Notes under the pieces: model-generated
Databases searched by the model: none
Told to the model about the DNA's origin: nothing
What the model saw: the letters and a program-made list of their open reading frames with translations, nothing else
Part shown: in pieces, positions 1-9,823 of the stretch
Position numbering within the stretch: the stretch's first letter is position 1
Layout of the letters: each line of letters starts with the position of its first letter
Assembly: GCA_963830365.1 (NCBI GenBank)
Contig: CAWHMU010000046.1
Location: forward strand, 79,041 to 143,040
Direction: 5' to 3'
Length of the DNA stretch: 64,000 bases
Source of the DNA: an uncultured Chlamydiae bacterium
Lineage (GTDB): Bacteria > Chlamydiota > Chlamydiia > Chlamydiales > Parachlamydiaceae
Position numbers and translations under genes: made by a program

Positions 1-1
1 G

Positions 2-1315
2 TAGCGTGTATTCGCTTACCCCAAATACCGAGGATACGGGTTCCAGTTTAAAGAGCTTATTAAACAACTCATCCATCTTTTCAACATGCGCATTTAGCTT
101 TTCCCGAATCGAATGCAATCGGTCGGCAGAGGTAAGCTCATTATGCATAATGCCCCTCAGCTTCTCATCAATCGTATTGGCAACTTGATAGGCTGCCGCG
201 TTGGCCGCCCAGGCGGCTGGAGTTGGTGCGCTACAGCGAATTTTCTCTGCCAACGCATAGAGTTGGTTGGCTCTGGCTGTATGCAGGGCAGCCAATTGAA
301 TTTTTTGGGCATCCGGCGGGTTGGTATAATTTTCATCCGGATAGCCCCTAGGAAGAGCATTTACATGCTGCATGATGGCCTGATGCAGCGCGAACTGCTG
401 CTGAAAATATTGCAGCGCTACATAGCCCCTCTGCCCTACGTCTGCCAGTTTTTTTAATAAAGCCGCCTTGCCGCCTTCAAAGTCGGCCGCGGCGACATGC
501 TGCAAGGAGGCTTTGCCCTCGGCAATTTCCGCTTTAAATTTACCGATCTGCTCTGCCGCGACCGGAAATTTAACAATTCCAGCCTCAAACTGCCCTAAAT
601 AGGCGCTCAGCGCATCGACTTGTTTAGCAAGTTCCTCGGTTTGGCGCGCTTGCTCGAATTGATTTGGGTCTATCGCAGAGGCCTGTTCAGCTTTGGCCGG
701 GACTTCGTCAACAGCATGTTGAGATATTGGCATGCGTTCATTGAGCAGCTTAGCTTCTGCAATAACATTGTCGAGGTCACTATTAAGTCTTTTATAATCA
801 TTAAGGGTTGGATGACCGCTGAAAGCATGTTGAAGGGCATCTTTGCTGCCGACAAGTCTGGCTATTACATCCTTTACTTCCTGCTGTAAGGCAGGGAAAT
901 TTGTAAGCTTGGCTGCCATGGCCGCTAATTTCTCCAGCTGCAGATCGGCTTTGGCAAATCTAGGGCTGGCCTTTTGTTGGTGTACCAGATGGCCGCGCAG
1001 CGTAAAGAACAAATGTGAAATTTTTTGGTCATTTTTGTGGACGATGTTTGTAATCTGATCCGAAAGTGATTTGGCATTTACCTGCACGCTGTCGTGGCCT
1101 TCAACCCGTACGCGGAAATCTTTATTAAACAGCCAGCTGATGAAATGCGCAAAAGCGCCTTGCGCCACAATTTGGGTATTTACCGTGCCGTCGGGATCGA
1201 CTTTTACGCGCAGCTGCTGCCATTCGCCAGAATCGGCCTTTTTCCAGGCAGAGGCTATCACTTGCTGATTAAGACTAAAGGCTTGTTGAGGATTGGATTG
1301 GCTAACAGAAGGCAT
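2..1315 (-). CDS. Hypothetical protein, runs off the left edge of the window (at least 438 aa); candidate secreted effector
   Basis: Manual translation gives an uninterrupted minus-strand frame MPSVSQSNPQQAFSLNQQVIASAW...SVFGVSEYTL from ATG 1315 (alternative ATG 1330) to the window edge. It is absent from the ORF track because its stop lies outside the window. Confidence 0.8.
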   Translation of the reverse strand, partial: MPSVSQSNPQQAFSLNQQVIASAWKKADSGEWQQLRVKVDPDGTVNTQIVAQGAFAHFISWLFNKDFRVRVEGHDSVQVNAKSLSDQITNIVHKNDQKISHLFFTLRGHLVHQQKASPRFAKADLQLEKLAAMAAKLTNFPALQQEVKDVIARLVGSKDALQHAFSGHPTLNDYKRLNSDLDNVIAEAKLLNERMPISQHAVDEVPAKAEQASAIDPNQFEQARQTEELAKQVDALSAYLGQFEAGIVKFPVAAEQIGKFKAEIAEGKASLQHVAAADFEGGKAALLKKLADVGQRGYVALQYFQQQFALHQAIMQHVNALPRGYPDENYTNPPDAQKIQLAALHTARANQLYALAEKIRCSAPTPAAWAANAAAYQVANTIDEKLRGIMHNELTSADRLHSIREKLNAHVEKMDELFNKLFKLEPVSSVFGVSEYTL

Positions 1316-1436
1316 AAAACCACCATGCATTTGTTGATAGTTAATTAAACAAGAAACACTAATCGTTATTATAGATTATATTTACACTCAAAAACAAGCT
1401 TTTAAACATATTAAACTTAATATCACCTATCTAAAG

Positions 1437-1664
1437 GTATCCGTTCACGGGGACGGAAACCATACATCAGGCCTTCAGCCTGAGTTTTTTATATATTCCA
1501 CCTAGGCATTGCCCTAGGCTTTTATAAATCAGGCTTTCAGCCTGAATACTATTGTCAGGGTAACGCCCTGAAATATAATAGCCTAGGGCAACGCCCTAGG
1601 TAAAACATACAAATATCTCAGGCTGAAGTCCTGATGTCTAATTTTCCACCCCGTGAACGGATAC
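1437..1664. mobile_element. MITE-like palindromic element
   Basis: Perfect 16-bp terminal IR GTATCCGTTCACGGGG (1437-1452) / CCCCGTGAACGGATAC (1649-1664). The interior is built of REP-like hairpins (CAGGCCTTCAGCCTG, CCTAGGGCAACGCCCTAGG). No target duplication seen. Confidence 0.75.
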
Positions 1665-1728
1665 GGTTCATCCGGTTGATAGGACAAAGATATAAAACTC
1701 GGCATAGGCAAGTCCCTCTCTTTGTAGC

Positions 1729-2727
1729 GTCCAAGCGGTTTAACGCTGATATCTGGAAGGTAACGGTTGTCATAATTCGAAAAAAAAAGAACGATCTCTT
1801 ATAATAGCTTTCTTTTTCTCACAGTAAATAGCTAAAAGGAGATCGTTCATGTCTAATAATAGCAATTCCAATCATTTCAAAAAACAACAACATAAAAACA
1901 GGCTTGGATATATCGATCCTACTGTTGCTGGCATCGATATAGGAGATAAGCTAATCCATGTAGCTATTCCTGATGGTAAAGGTGGTTCTTACGTGAGGGA
2001 ATTTGGTACAACGACACCTCAACTCCGTGAAATAGTCAAAGTTCTTAAAGAGGCTAAAGTAGAAATTGGTGTTATGGAAGCTACGGGTGTTTATTGGATT
2101 CCCCTATATGAAATTATGGAAGAATCAGGCTTGATGCCTGTCTTAGTGGATGCTAAAAATGTAAAAAATCCACCAGGGAGAAAAACTGATGTGGTGGATG
2201 CTCAATGGATCCAAACATTATATTCTTGTGGTCTATTAAGAGCTGCTTATCGCCCGCCACGCGATCGTTTAAAATTGCGGGCGTATGTAAGACAGCGCAT
2301 GAATGTCATCAAAACGAAGCAATATACACTTCTGCATATGGAAAAAGCCTTGCAGCTAATGAATATCAAGCTGAGCACCGCTGTAAGCGATATAGCGGGA
2401 GTCTCCGGTTTAAATATAACACGAGCAATAGCAGCTGGTGAAAGAGATCCATATAAGTTAGCTGCAATGAGGAATAAGCTTTGCAAAAAAGAAGAGAGCC
2501 TATTTGTAGCAGCTCTGACAGGGAATTATCAAGATGAACATATTTTTTCGCTAAAGCAAGCCCTAGATCAATACGATTTTGCACATAAACAGCTGGACGC
2601 ATGTGACGAATGCATTCAGAAGGAGCTTGAGCGATTTCCTGATGTAGTCAATACGCCTCCACCAGAGAACCATAAGGATAAAAAAAAGCGTCCTCAGTTT
2701 TCTCAATTCAAAAAACCTAAGAAAAAT
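1729..2727 (+). pseudogene. IS110-family element copy 1, transposase (ATG 1849) truncated by an ISL3 insertion
   Basis: Near-identical to the 37184-38581 protein (one T/A difference seen) up to ...FKKPKKN, where the sequence switches to the ISL3 end GGTTCATCCGG at 2728. DEDD motifs GIDIG, MEATG and KTDVVDA are present; the C-terminal domain is missing. Confidence 0.9.
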
Positions 2728-3514
2728 GGTTCATCCGGCAAATCGGTGCATAAGACAGGGTAGATAACAAAATGCAGTAGACAATAACTTGTCTCTTGGT
2801 AACCACACCGGGAGAAAAATCATGTCTACTGCAACGTTATTGTATCTGTTCGGAATTCAAAATGTCGAGTGTCATTCAACGGAATATGCGGGCGGAAAAA
2901 TCATTTTCCACGCTGAAAGCTCTCGGAACAACTCCTCTTGTCCAAGATGCGGAGGAAACAATGTATGTTTTCGGGGACAAAAGTGTCGAAAGCTGCGCAT
3001 GGTTCCTTGGGGAAAAATGCCATGTTTTTTGTATCTGACCTTGAATAGAATTTCTTGCCATGATTGCGGTAAGTGTTCTTGGCCGGTACCGGACTTTGTT
3101 CAAGGCAAACAACGAATGGTCCGTGCTTTTGTGGAGTATGTCCTTTGCCTTATTACAATAGGCACGATTTTAGGGGTTGCTCGATTTCTTGGGGTCGGTT
3201 GGGATTTGGTTAAAAACATCCACAAGGATCATCTGAAGAGGAAGTACCAAGAGACTCCTTTCGATGAGCTGGAGTTCTTAAGCATTGATGAATTCAGCAT
3301 ACGTAAAGGCCATAACTATATGACAATTTTTGTAGACATTCGAACGGGGCGTATTCTTCATGCTGTCGAAGGTCGATCAAAACATGATGTGACCCCATTC
3401 CTCAGAGAATTGGCTGCAAAGGCAAAAAATCTTAAGGCGATCGCCATGGATATGAGCGGTCCTTTTGCCTCAGCTGTAGCATCAATCCTGCCAAAAGTAG
3501 ACATCGTATTCGAC
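2728..3514 (+). pseudogene. ISL3-family element, left end plus 5' part of the transposase (likely ATG 2822), 3' truncated
   Basis: Zinc finger CPRCG...CHDCG, an HTH region, LSIDEFSIRKGHNYMTIFVD and AIAMDMS, then an abrupt break after DIVFD where it meets the IS1182-like remnant. Confidence 0.85.
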
Positions 3515-3875
3515 CAATTGCTTGGTATAGGTAATCTTGAAAACTATCTTTGCAATGAATGCTCTGGCAATAGCACATCTATCTTTACGAGGTCTTCCAT
3601 CGTTGAATCTCGTCGAAGGAATAAACTCTTCGATATACACCAATTCTAAAATAGCTATCAATCGTTTATGGGTTTTAGACAACTCTCCTAGCGATTCTTC
3701 CATCTTAGGGAAAAGAGTGTATTGGACATTAGACCAGAATTTTGATAAAGTTTCTCTGAAAGACATTTTTGGCTCCCTCGGTACTGAGTTTGTAAGAAGC
3801 CTCATAATACCTTGTGGAGCCTTTTTATTGCAATGATTATTTAAAATAATATATTGTCACTTCTGCAATTGTCTC
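3515..3875 (-). pseudogene. IS1182/IS5-like element remnant: left IR plus transposase N-terminus (ATG 3766)
   Basis: Terminal GAGACAATTGCAGAAGT at 3875, SD GAGGGAG before MSFRETLSKFWSNVQYTLFP...GRPRKDRCAIARAFIAK; the frame is lost after about 85 codons. Family assignment is by resemblance. Confidence 0.65.
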
Positions 3876-3980
3876 GATGGGGTTAAGCAGTCAATTTACT
3901 GTTCTCGTAGCTGCGGCTGTCTTCGCTTTCGCTCGCAAGCCTTAGCTGACGGGCTACAAAGAGATGGGTTTGTCCATGCC
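3876..3980 (-). repeat. REP-like dispersed repeat unit U with an empty IS110 target
   Basis: CGTAGCTGCGGCTGTCTTCGCTTTCGCTCGCAAGCCTTAGCTGACGGGCTACAAAGAGATGGG, nearly identical to the copies at 36476-36550 and 36841-36890. Confidence 0.85.
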
Positions 3981-4336
3981 TTGCTTCACATCTTTAACCT
4001 GCAAAAAATGATGAACCACTTTTCAATCACTCATTATGTATGATGAGCCTCATTACTTCTCATATTTCAACCATCAATTACTAAGGCTTTTTGACGAATC
4101 ATCATGGACAGGTACTCATTTGTGTGATGCTTCATCTTGCATTGGCACAGTTCATGCATTAACCAAAAGAGAAATATTAATTAGCTTATATTTGAATAAT
4201 AATTAGTATTTTGATAGCATTGAATTAAAGAGATAGACAAACAGTTACCATTAAGTGTGCTAGTATCCAACGTCACTTATTTCTATGTAGGATAAGTGCA
4301 AAGAATTCCAAGACCCCTTTACAAAGGAGAGTCGTT

Positions 4337-4474
4337 ATGAAGGGATCAGAAGACCATAAGAGTAATAAGAAAAAACCGAAATTGACGCTGATCGAAAAAC
4401 GTCAACGCAAACGCGAGAAAAAATTCCTTAAGACGCACCCCATCTCTGATGCGCGTGAAGTCTACGAGGAATAG
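4337..4474 (+). CDS. Small basic Lys/Arg-rich protein (45 aa)
   Basis: SD AAGGAG at 4324-4329, then MKGSEDHKSNKKKPKLTLIEKRQRKREKKFLKTHPISDAREVYEE*, followed by the hairpin CCATGCAGT-TAAC-ACTGCATGG. Confidence 0.65.
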   Translation: MKGSEDHKSNKKKPKLTLIEKRQRKREKKFLKTHPISDAREVYEE

Positions 4475-4629
4475 ACGATCGCTAGATAGATTGTTATGTC
4501 CATGCAGTTAACACTGCATGGCATAATGCTAGAGACGCATGTTACTGGCAATGCTTGGGTCTTATTTTATAAGAGCCAAAGCTTGCTGTAAGTGCCGTCT
4601 CTAGTTGTTTTTTACCCCTTGAAGTCAAC

Positions 4630-5358
4630 CTACTCCGTTTCGCCAGTAGGCGGCCGCTTGGAATCGGGGTTAATTGGATTGTATTGGCGATAACGGTCCA
4701 CAAAAGCTTTGACAAGCTTGACTGTCGTTTCCTTGAGCTGCGTATCAAGATCTTTAGTTGTGGCAGGCACGATATCTTGATTTTCCCATGTGATCCCTTG
4801 CCAATAGCCGGCTGGACTGAAATTTTTGCGCATCACCTGAATCTGTTCGAAAAGACGGCCAGCGGCAAAGATGACATATTTGTCTTTCTCCACTGGATAG
4901 ACGATAAGCAGCACATGAAAAAAAGGCAGTGGTGGTCCTTCGACCACTTCCGCCTGCGGCGTAAGATTTTCCTTGGAGAGGACTTCGCGGGCTTCCGACT
5001 CCAGTGCGGCTTGGTCAACATTAGGCACATTTTCGCCTTTTAGGATTTCGATGCTGACGCTGATATTGCTGGTGAGATAGCCGAGATAATCGTTTCCTTC
5101 CCATTTCTCATTGACAAAACCGACCACACCGGGCATGCCAAAGGGCTTGGCCATGATCGGCAAGAGCTCTTTTGGGTGCAGTGTCAACGGTATAACACTC
5201 TTTTTTTCATTTTTTTGCACTGGTGAATGCAACGGCTGCGCGCCAGGCGGCTGTGATGACCCATGGGAGGAAGAGGAAGAGCCTGCGGCAAAGAGCGTTT
5301 GACAAACCATAAGACAGCTCGCGCTGGCAATCCAGAGGCGGCGTTTAGCTAAAAACAT
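4630..5358 (-). CDS. Hypothetical exported protein
   Basis: 242-aa ORF with a signal-peptide-like N-terminus and SD AAGGAA. Confidence 0.8.
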   Translation of the reverse strand: MFLAKRRLWIASASCLMVCQTLFAAGSSSSSHGSSQPPGAQPLHSPVQKNEKKSVIPLTLHPKELLPIMAKPFGMPGVVGFVNEKWEGNDYLGYLTSNISVSIEILKGENVPNVDQAALESEAREVLSKENLTPQAEVVEGPPLPFFHVLLIVYPVEKDKYVIFAAGRLFEQIQVMRKNFSPAGYWQGITWENQDIVPATTKDLDTQLKETTVKLVKAFVDRYRQYNPINPDSKRPPTGETE

Positions 5359-5380
5359 AGTCTCATTCCTTAGATTATTT

Positions 5381-6019
5381 TTATTTCTTGGTAGGCGCCT
5401 TTATATTGCTGTCACCGGTAATGCTAAAGGAATTGACGAAGAAATCCAATTCTTGCGCACTAGAGACTTCATCTTTAGTGATCAAGCTGATCACATATAG
5501 CGTATCCTCGTGCGCAAACACCTTGCCACTGATAACCACCTCGCCATTTGTCAATGAGAAATCCAGGCCGCTGAACTGGCGAAAATTCCCCATATTCATC
5601 ATTTTAAGCTTATTGTCCTTGTTGCGCATGAGCATATCGTTGATGACGCCCTTTAAAGTCTCTTCCAAATTACTGTCGTCAATGTTGCGTGGAAAAGCAA
5701 TAGAGCTGATCATAAAGGCTTGGCCGCGATCATCGGCAGCTACGAAGGTGTCATATTTAACGCGCTCTTTAGTCTTTGGATCAATGAATGTATCGGTTGC
5801 ATGCTGTGGCAGGGCTGGAAACAAAGCTTTAAAATGCCCCGCCGGTGAGATAAATTCACGCCATTTATGGAATTCTGTGGGCGTGTTGTTGGCTGCCTCC
5901 GGCAGGCTATTTTCGCTGCTGGACATAATCTCAGCGGCAGGCTTTTGCATATGGCGCATCACTTGAAAAGCCATGATGGCGATAAAGACGGTAATCAGCA
6001 CAGTCAGCGTTTTAGACAT
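5381..6019 (-). CDS. Hypothetical membrane-anchored protein
   Basis: ORF with an N-terminal TM segment (MSKTLTVLITVFIAIMAF); start chosen at the internal Met, ORF track start is 6058. Confidence 0.75.
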   Translation of the reverse strand: MSKTLTVLITVFIAIMAFQVMRHMQKPAAEIMSSSENSLPEAANNTPTEFHKWREFISPAGHFKALFPALPQHATDTFIDPKTKERVKYDTFVAADDRGQAFMISSIAFPRNIDDSNLEETLKGVINDMLMRNKDNKLKMMNMGNFRQFSGLDFSLTNGEVVISGKVFAHEDTLYVISLITKDEVSSAQELDFFVNSFSITGDSNIKAPTKK

Positions 6020-6181
6020 ACTAAGCTCGCAGTTCGCCATTGATGCAGGCGTTATCATTCATATATAATATTTCAAATAAACACGCAAGCCCAATGTCTC
6101 TTGGCGAAAAAAGTTGGCGGAAATCACTTTGGCTTGTAGTATACCAAGCAAACTGGTCATCACCCGTTTCATAAGGACATC

Positions 6182-7867
6182 ATGCGCAGCTGCTTTAAAT
6201 TCATGCCATTAGCTACTCTCGTTGCTCTGCTTTGCAGCAGCTGTTCGCTTGAGGAATCAAAAGAGCAATCAAACACTGATGGCTCAAAAACGGCGGTCTA
6301 TCAAAGTGCGTCCTCACAAAAAAAACCGTCGCGCCCGCTGAAAATCGCTACCACCGAAGATCCCGTATCGTTCGATTCCCGCATCGTCAGGGATTTATAT
6401 TCAGCAACCTACATGCGCCTGCTTTACGAAGGACTCACCCGCGCCGATAGCCAAGGCGTCATCCAACCCGCTATCGCCGAAAAAATTGCCATCTCTGATG
6501 ATTTAAAGACCTACACCTTCACGCTGCGCAAGTCCAACTGGTCTGACGCCTCCCCCCTTACCGCCCACGATTTTGTCGAAACGTGGCAATCGATGTTATC
6601 CCCGGCTTTTCCCGCACCCAATGCCTATCAGCTATACCTGATCAAAGGTGCTAAAGATGCTAAAGAAGGGCGACTGGACGTGGCAGACATCGGCGTCAAA
6701 GCCACAAGCCCGGATACCCTCGTTGTTGAACTAGAACAACCCACGCCCTATTTCCTCGAGATGACCTCCTGCCATTTTTACTTCCCTGTCCACTCCCAGC
6801 TGCGCCAGCCTGCCGCCGCCAGCCAAAGCAATCAACTAAAGGCCCTCGTCAGCAACGGTCCCTTCAGCCTTGCCCATCACATACAACGCAACGAATTCGC
6901 CGTCATAAAAAACCCCCTCTACTGGGATAAGGAAGCCGTAAAAATCGATGGCATTGCCTTCCAAATCCTTGATGAACATACTGCCCTGCAGCTGTTTAAA
7001 GCGGGCGATCTCGACTGGGCCGGCTCGCCCCTATCGACCCTGCCCCAGGATGCCGTGGCTTCGCTCAAAGCTCAAGGCTGGCTGAATGTCGCGCCTGGCA
7101 GCGGCACGCACTGGTTCCGTTTCAACACGGGCCGCCCCCCCTTCGACAATGAAAAACTGAGGCGCGCCTTCGCCCTGGCTATAGACCGTCAGGCCATTGT
7201 GGAGCATGTGACGCAAGGCAACCAGCAGCCCGCCATCGGCATCGTGCCGCCGGCTTTCGGCATCGATAACCGACATTATTTTGCCGACCATGATAGCGCA
7301 GCTGCTAAAGCTCTCTTCGCGCAGGCCCTCGCCGACATGCATCTCACACCAAGCCAGCTGCCCAGAATCAGCCTCTATTATGCCGCTACTGACCGCAACC
7401 ACAAAATCGCCCAAGCGGTACAGCAGCAGTGGAACAAGACTTTTAACATCGATATTGCTTTGGAAAGTACCGAAGCGCAGGTGCTGCTGGACAAACTGCG
7501 CCAAGGCACCTACCAGATCAGCTTGGGATCGTGGTATGCCGACATCCAGGACCCCATTAACTTCCTTGAGATCTTTAAATCCAAACAGAACCCCACCAAC
7601 CAGACCTCTTGGGAAGATCCCGCCTATACTCAACTGCTCGAGCAGTCGTCACTGGCAAAAGACCCCTCCACCCGCCTGCAGCTGATGGCCGAGGCCGAGA
7701 AAAAGCTCATTGCCGCCATGCCCGTGGCCCCCCTCTTCCATTCGGCCTATAACTACCTTAAAAACGGGCAAGTGGCCGGCGTCTATTTCTCCCCCTTAGG
7801 GTATCTGGATTTTAAAGTCGCCTACATCATCCCTAAATCAACCCTTCAAAGCAGCGAAAAACCGTAA
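6182..7867 (+). CDS. oppA: Oligopeptide ABC transporter substrate-binding lipoprotein
   Basis: Lipobox-like LLCSSC; LYEGLTR, YTFTLR, WSD..PLTAHDF, NGPF and KNPLYWD family 5 binding-protein motifs. Confidence 0.92.
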   Translation: MRSCFKFMPLATLVALLCSSCSLEESKEQSNTDGSKTAVYQSASSQKKPSRPLKIATTEDPVSFDSRIVRDLYSATYMRLLYEGLTRADSQGVIQPAIAEKIAISDDLKTYTFTLRKSNWSDASPLTAHDFVETWQSMLSPAFPAPNAYQLYLIKGAKDAKEGRLDVADIGVKATSPDTLVVELEQPTPYFLEMTSCHFYFPVHSQLRQPAAASQSNQLKALVSNGPFSLAHHIQRNEFAVIKNPLYWDKEAVKIDGIAFQILDEHTALQLFKAGDLDWAGSPLSTLPQDAVASLKAQGWLNVAPGSGTHWFRFNTGRPPFDNEKLRRAFALAIDRQAIVEHVTQGNQQPAIGIVPPAFGIDNRHYFADHDSAAAKALFAQALADMHLTPSQLPRISLYYAATDRNHKIAQAVQQQWNKTFNIDIALESTEAQVLLDKLRQGTYQISLGSWYADIQDPINFLEIFKSKQNPTNQTSWEDPAYTQLLEQSSLAKDPSTRLQLMAEAEKKLIAAMPVAPLFHSAYNYLKNGQVAGVYFSPLGYLDFKVAYIIPKSTLQSSEKP

Positions 7868-7884
7868 CTCATGCACCGCCACTT

Positions 7885-8826
7885 ATGATCCGACTGCTCG
7901 CGCGCAAATTCCTCTATGCCAGCCTCTCGCTGTTTGTCGTACTCACCCTCACCTTTTGCCTGATGAAATCCATCCCGGGCGACCCCTTCCAGCAGGAACA
8001 GGCCCTGCCCAAAGAAATCTATGAGGCTCTGCGCGAGCACTATGGATTGAACGATTCCATACTCAGGCAATACGGACGCTACCTCAGCCAGCTCCCCACC
8101 ATGGATTTCGGTCCCTCATTGATATATAAAGAAAGAAGTGTCGTTGATATCATCAAGACAGGCCTGCCGACGTCCGCTGCCCTCGGCGCAGAAGCCCTGC
8201 TGCTGGCCGTCCCTCTTGGACTGCTTTTCGGCACATGGGCTGCATTGAAGCAAAACCGCTGGCAGGACACGTTAATCATCGTAGCCGCCGTCATCGGCAT
8301 ATCCCTGCCAAGTTTCATCCTGGCCACCCTCTTGCAGTACATCTTCGGCATCAAACTGCACCTGCTGCCCATCGCCCGCTGGGGCTCGTTTGCACATACC
8401 ATCCTGCCGGCCTTGTCGCTGGCAGCCCTGCCCATGGCCTTTATTGCCCGCATGACGCGCGCCAAGATGATCGAGGAACTGTCGCAACCCTATATCGCCA
8501 CTGCCCGTGCCAAAGGACTATCAGAAAGCCGTATCGTCTTTGCACATGCTATGCGCAATATCCTGACGCCGGTATTGGGCTATCTCGGCCCCCTCACCGC
8601 CAACATCCTCACCGGCAGCTTCATCGTCGAAAAAATCTACGGCATCCCCGGCCTCGGCTATTGGTTTGTCACAAGCGTACTCAATCGCGACTACCCCCTC
8701 ATCATGAGCATTACCGTGTTTTACTGCACCCTGCTGCTCTTGACAGCCTTTGTCGTCGATGCCGCCTGCCTGCTGCTAGATCCACGCCTGGCCAATGCCG
8801 CCAGCACACCCAAGGGGGCCATATGA
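7885..8826 (+). CDS. oppB: Oligopeptide ABC transporter permease
   Basis: IPGDPF, TARAKGLSE (EAA loop), GSFIVEKIYGIPGLG, RDYPLI. Confidence 0.92.
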   Translation: MIRLLARKFLYASLSLFVVLTLTFCLMKSIPGDPFQQEQALPKEIYEALREHYGLNDSILRQYGRYLSQLPTMDFGPSLIYKERSVVDIIKTGLPTSAALGAEALLLAVPLGLLFGTWAALKQNRWQDTLIIVAAVIGISLPSFILATLLQYIFGIKLHLLPIARWGSFAHTILPALSLAALPMAFIARMTRAKMIEELSQPYIATARAKGLSESRIVFAHAMRNILTPVLGYLGPLTANILTGSFIVEKIYGIPGLGYWFVTSVLNRDYPLIMSITVFYCTLLLLTAFVVDAACLLLDPRLANAASTPKGAI

Positions 8827-9719
8827 CTAACGCCGCCTCACCGCCTGCTGACATCGCCGCCCAACAGCTGCTGCCACCCTCTTTTTGGCGCCGCTGCTGG
8901 CACGACTTCAAAGCCAACCGCCCGGCGCTTGCCGCGGGGTTCTTCCTCATACTGCTCATCATCCTTGCCATCGCCGCCCCCATGCTCAGCCGCCATACCT
9001 ATTATGATATCGACCTGACGATCAAGAACCAGGCCCCATCAACGGCGCATTGGTTTGGCACCGACGACCTGGGCCGCGACATCTTCACCCGCCTATGGTA
9101 CGGCGCCAGGATATCCCTCTTTGTCGGCCTCGCCGCTGCCTTCATCGACCTCATCATCGGTATGCTTTGGGGCGGCATCGCCGCTCTTGCCGGCGGCAAG
9201 CTGGATGATGTCATGATGCGCCTCGTCGACATCCTGAGCGCCATCCCTTCGCTGCTGATCAACATTTCCCTTATGGTCGTGCTCGGCCCCGGCCTGCACA
9301 CTATTATCATCGCCCTGACAGTGCTAGGATGGATCACCATGGCGCGCGTGGTGCGCGGACAGCTGCTACAGCTTAAAATGCAAGGCTATATCCTCGCCGC
9401 CCATGCTATGGGCGCAAGCTTCTGGCGCATCCTGTTCCGCCACCTCTTCCCCAATGCCGTAGGACCAATCCTTGTCACCCTCACCCTCACCGTCCCCTCC
9501 GCCATCTTCGCCGAAGCATTCCTGAGCTACCTAGGCCTCGGCGTCCAGGCCCCCATCGCCAGCTGGGGCACCATGGCCAGCGAGGGTCTGCCCGCCCTGG
9601 AATACTACCCTTGGCGCCTCTTCGTCCCCGCCGCCTGCATCAGCCTGACCATGCTGTCCTTCAATGTGGTTGGCGACGGCTTAAATGACGCCTTCACCCG
9701 TGCCACCCGCCTGCGCTGA
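8823..9719 (+). CDS. oppC: Oligopeptide ABC transporter permease
   Basis: HWFGTDDLGRD, GARISL, EAFLSYLGLG. The true start is ATG 8823, overlapping the oppB stop (ATGA). Confidence 0.9.
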   Translation: MTNAASPPADIAAQQLLPPSFWRRCWHDFKANRPALAAGFFLILLIILAIAAPMLSRHTYYDIDLTIKNQAPSTAHWFGTDDLGRDIFTRLWYGARISLFVGLAAAFIDLIIGMLWGGIAALAGGKLDDVMMRLVDILSAIPSLLINISLMVVLGPGLHTIIIALTVLGWITMARVVRGQLLQLKMQGYILAAHAMGASFWRILFRHLFPNAVGPILVTLTLTVPSAIFAEAFLSYLGLGVQAPIASWGTMASEGLPALEYYPWRLFVPAACISLTMLSFNVVGDGLNDAFTRATRLR

Positions 9720-9823
9720 CATCCAAAAGACAGAAAATATGCATTGCATTCGCTAAGAAGGGTTGTGCTGTAAATGCGAAGACCTCTATATATTGAAATT
9801 TATAATCATCTATTCTTGGCATT

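Larger units (their letters stand above)
1665..4017. mobile_element. Degenerate ISL3-type MITE shell enclosing a nest of IS remnants
   Basis: Left end GGTTCATCCGGTTGATAGGAC at 1665 and right end CCTGCAAAAAATGATGAACC ending at 4017 match the ends of the MITE at 58890-59141. Confidence 0.55.

Noticed and set aside
3515..3649. C-terminus of the 286-aa ISL3 ORF as a novel domain
   Set aside because: It is read-through into the antisense strand of the IS1182-like remnant.
8235..8822. 494-aa ORF suggesting a long OppC fusion
   Set aside because: The first ~196 codons are an alternative frame of GC-rich oppB; OppC starts at 8823.
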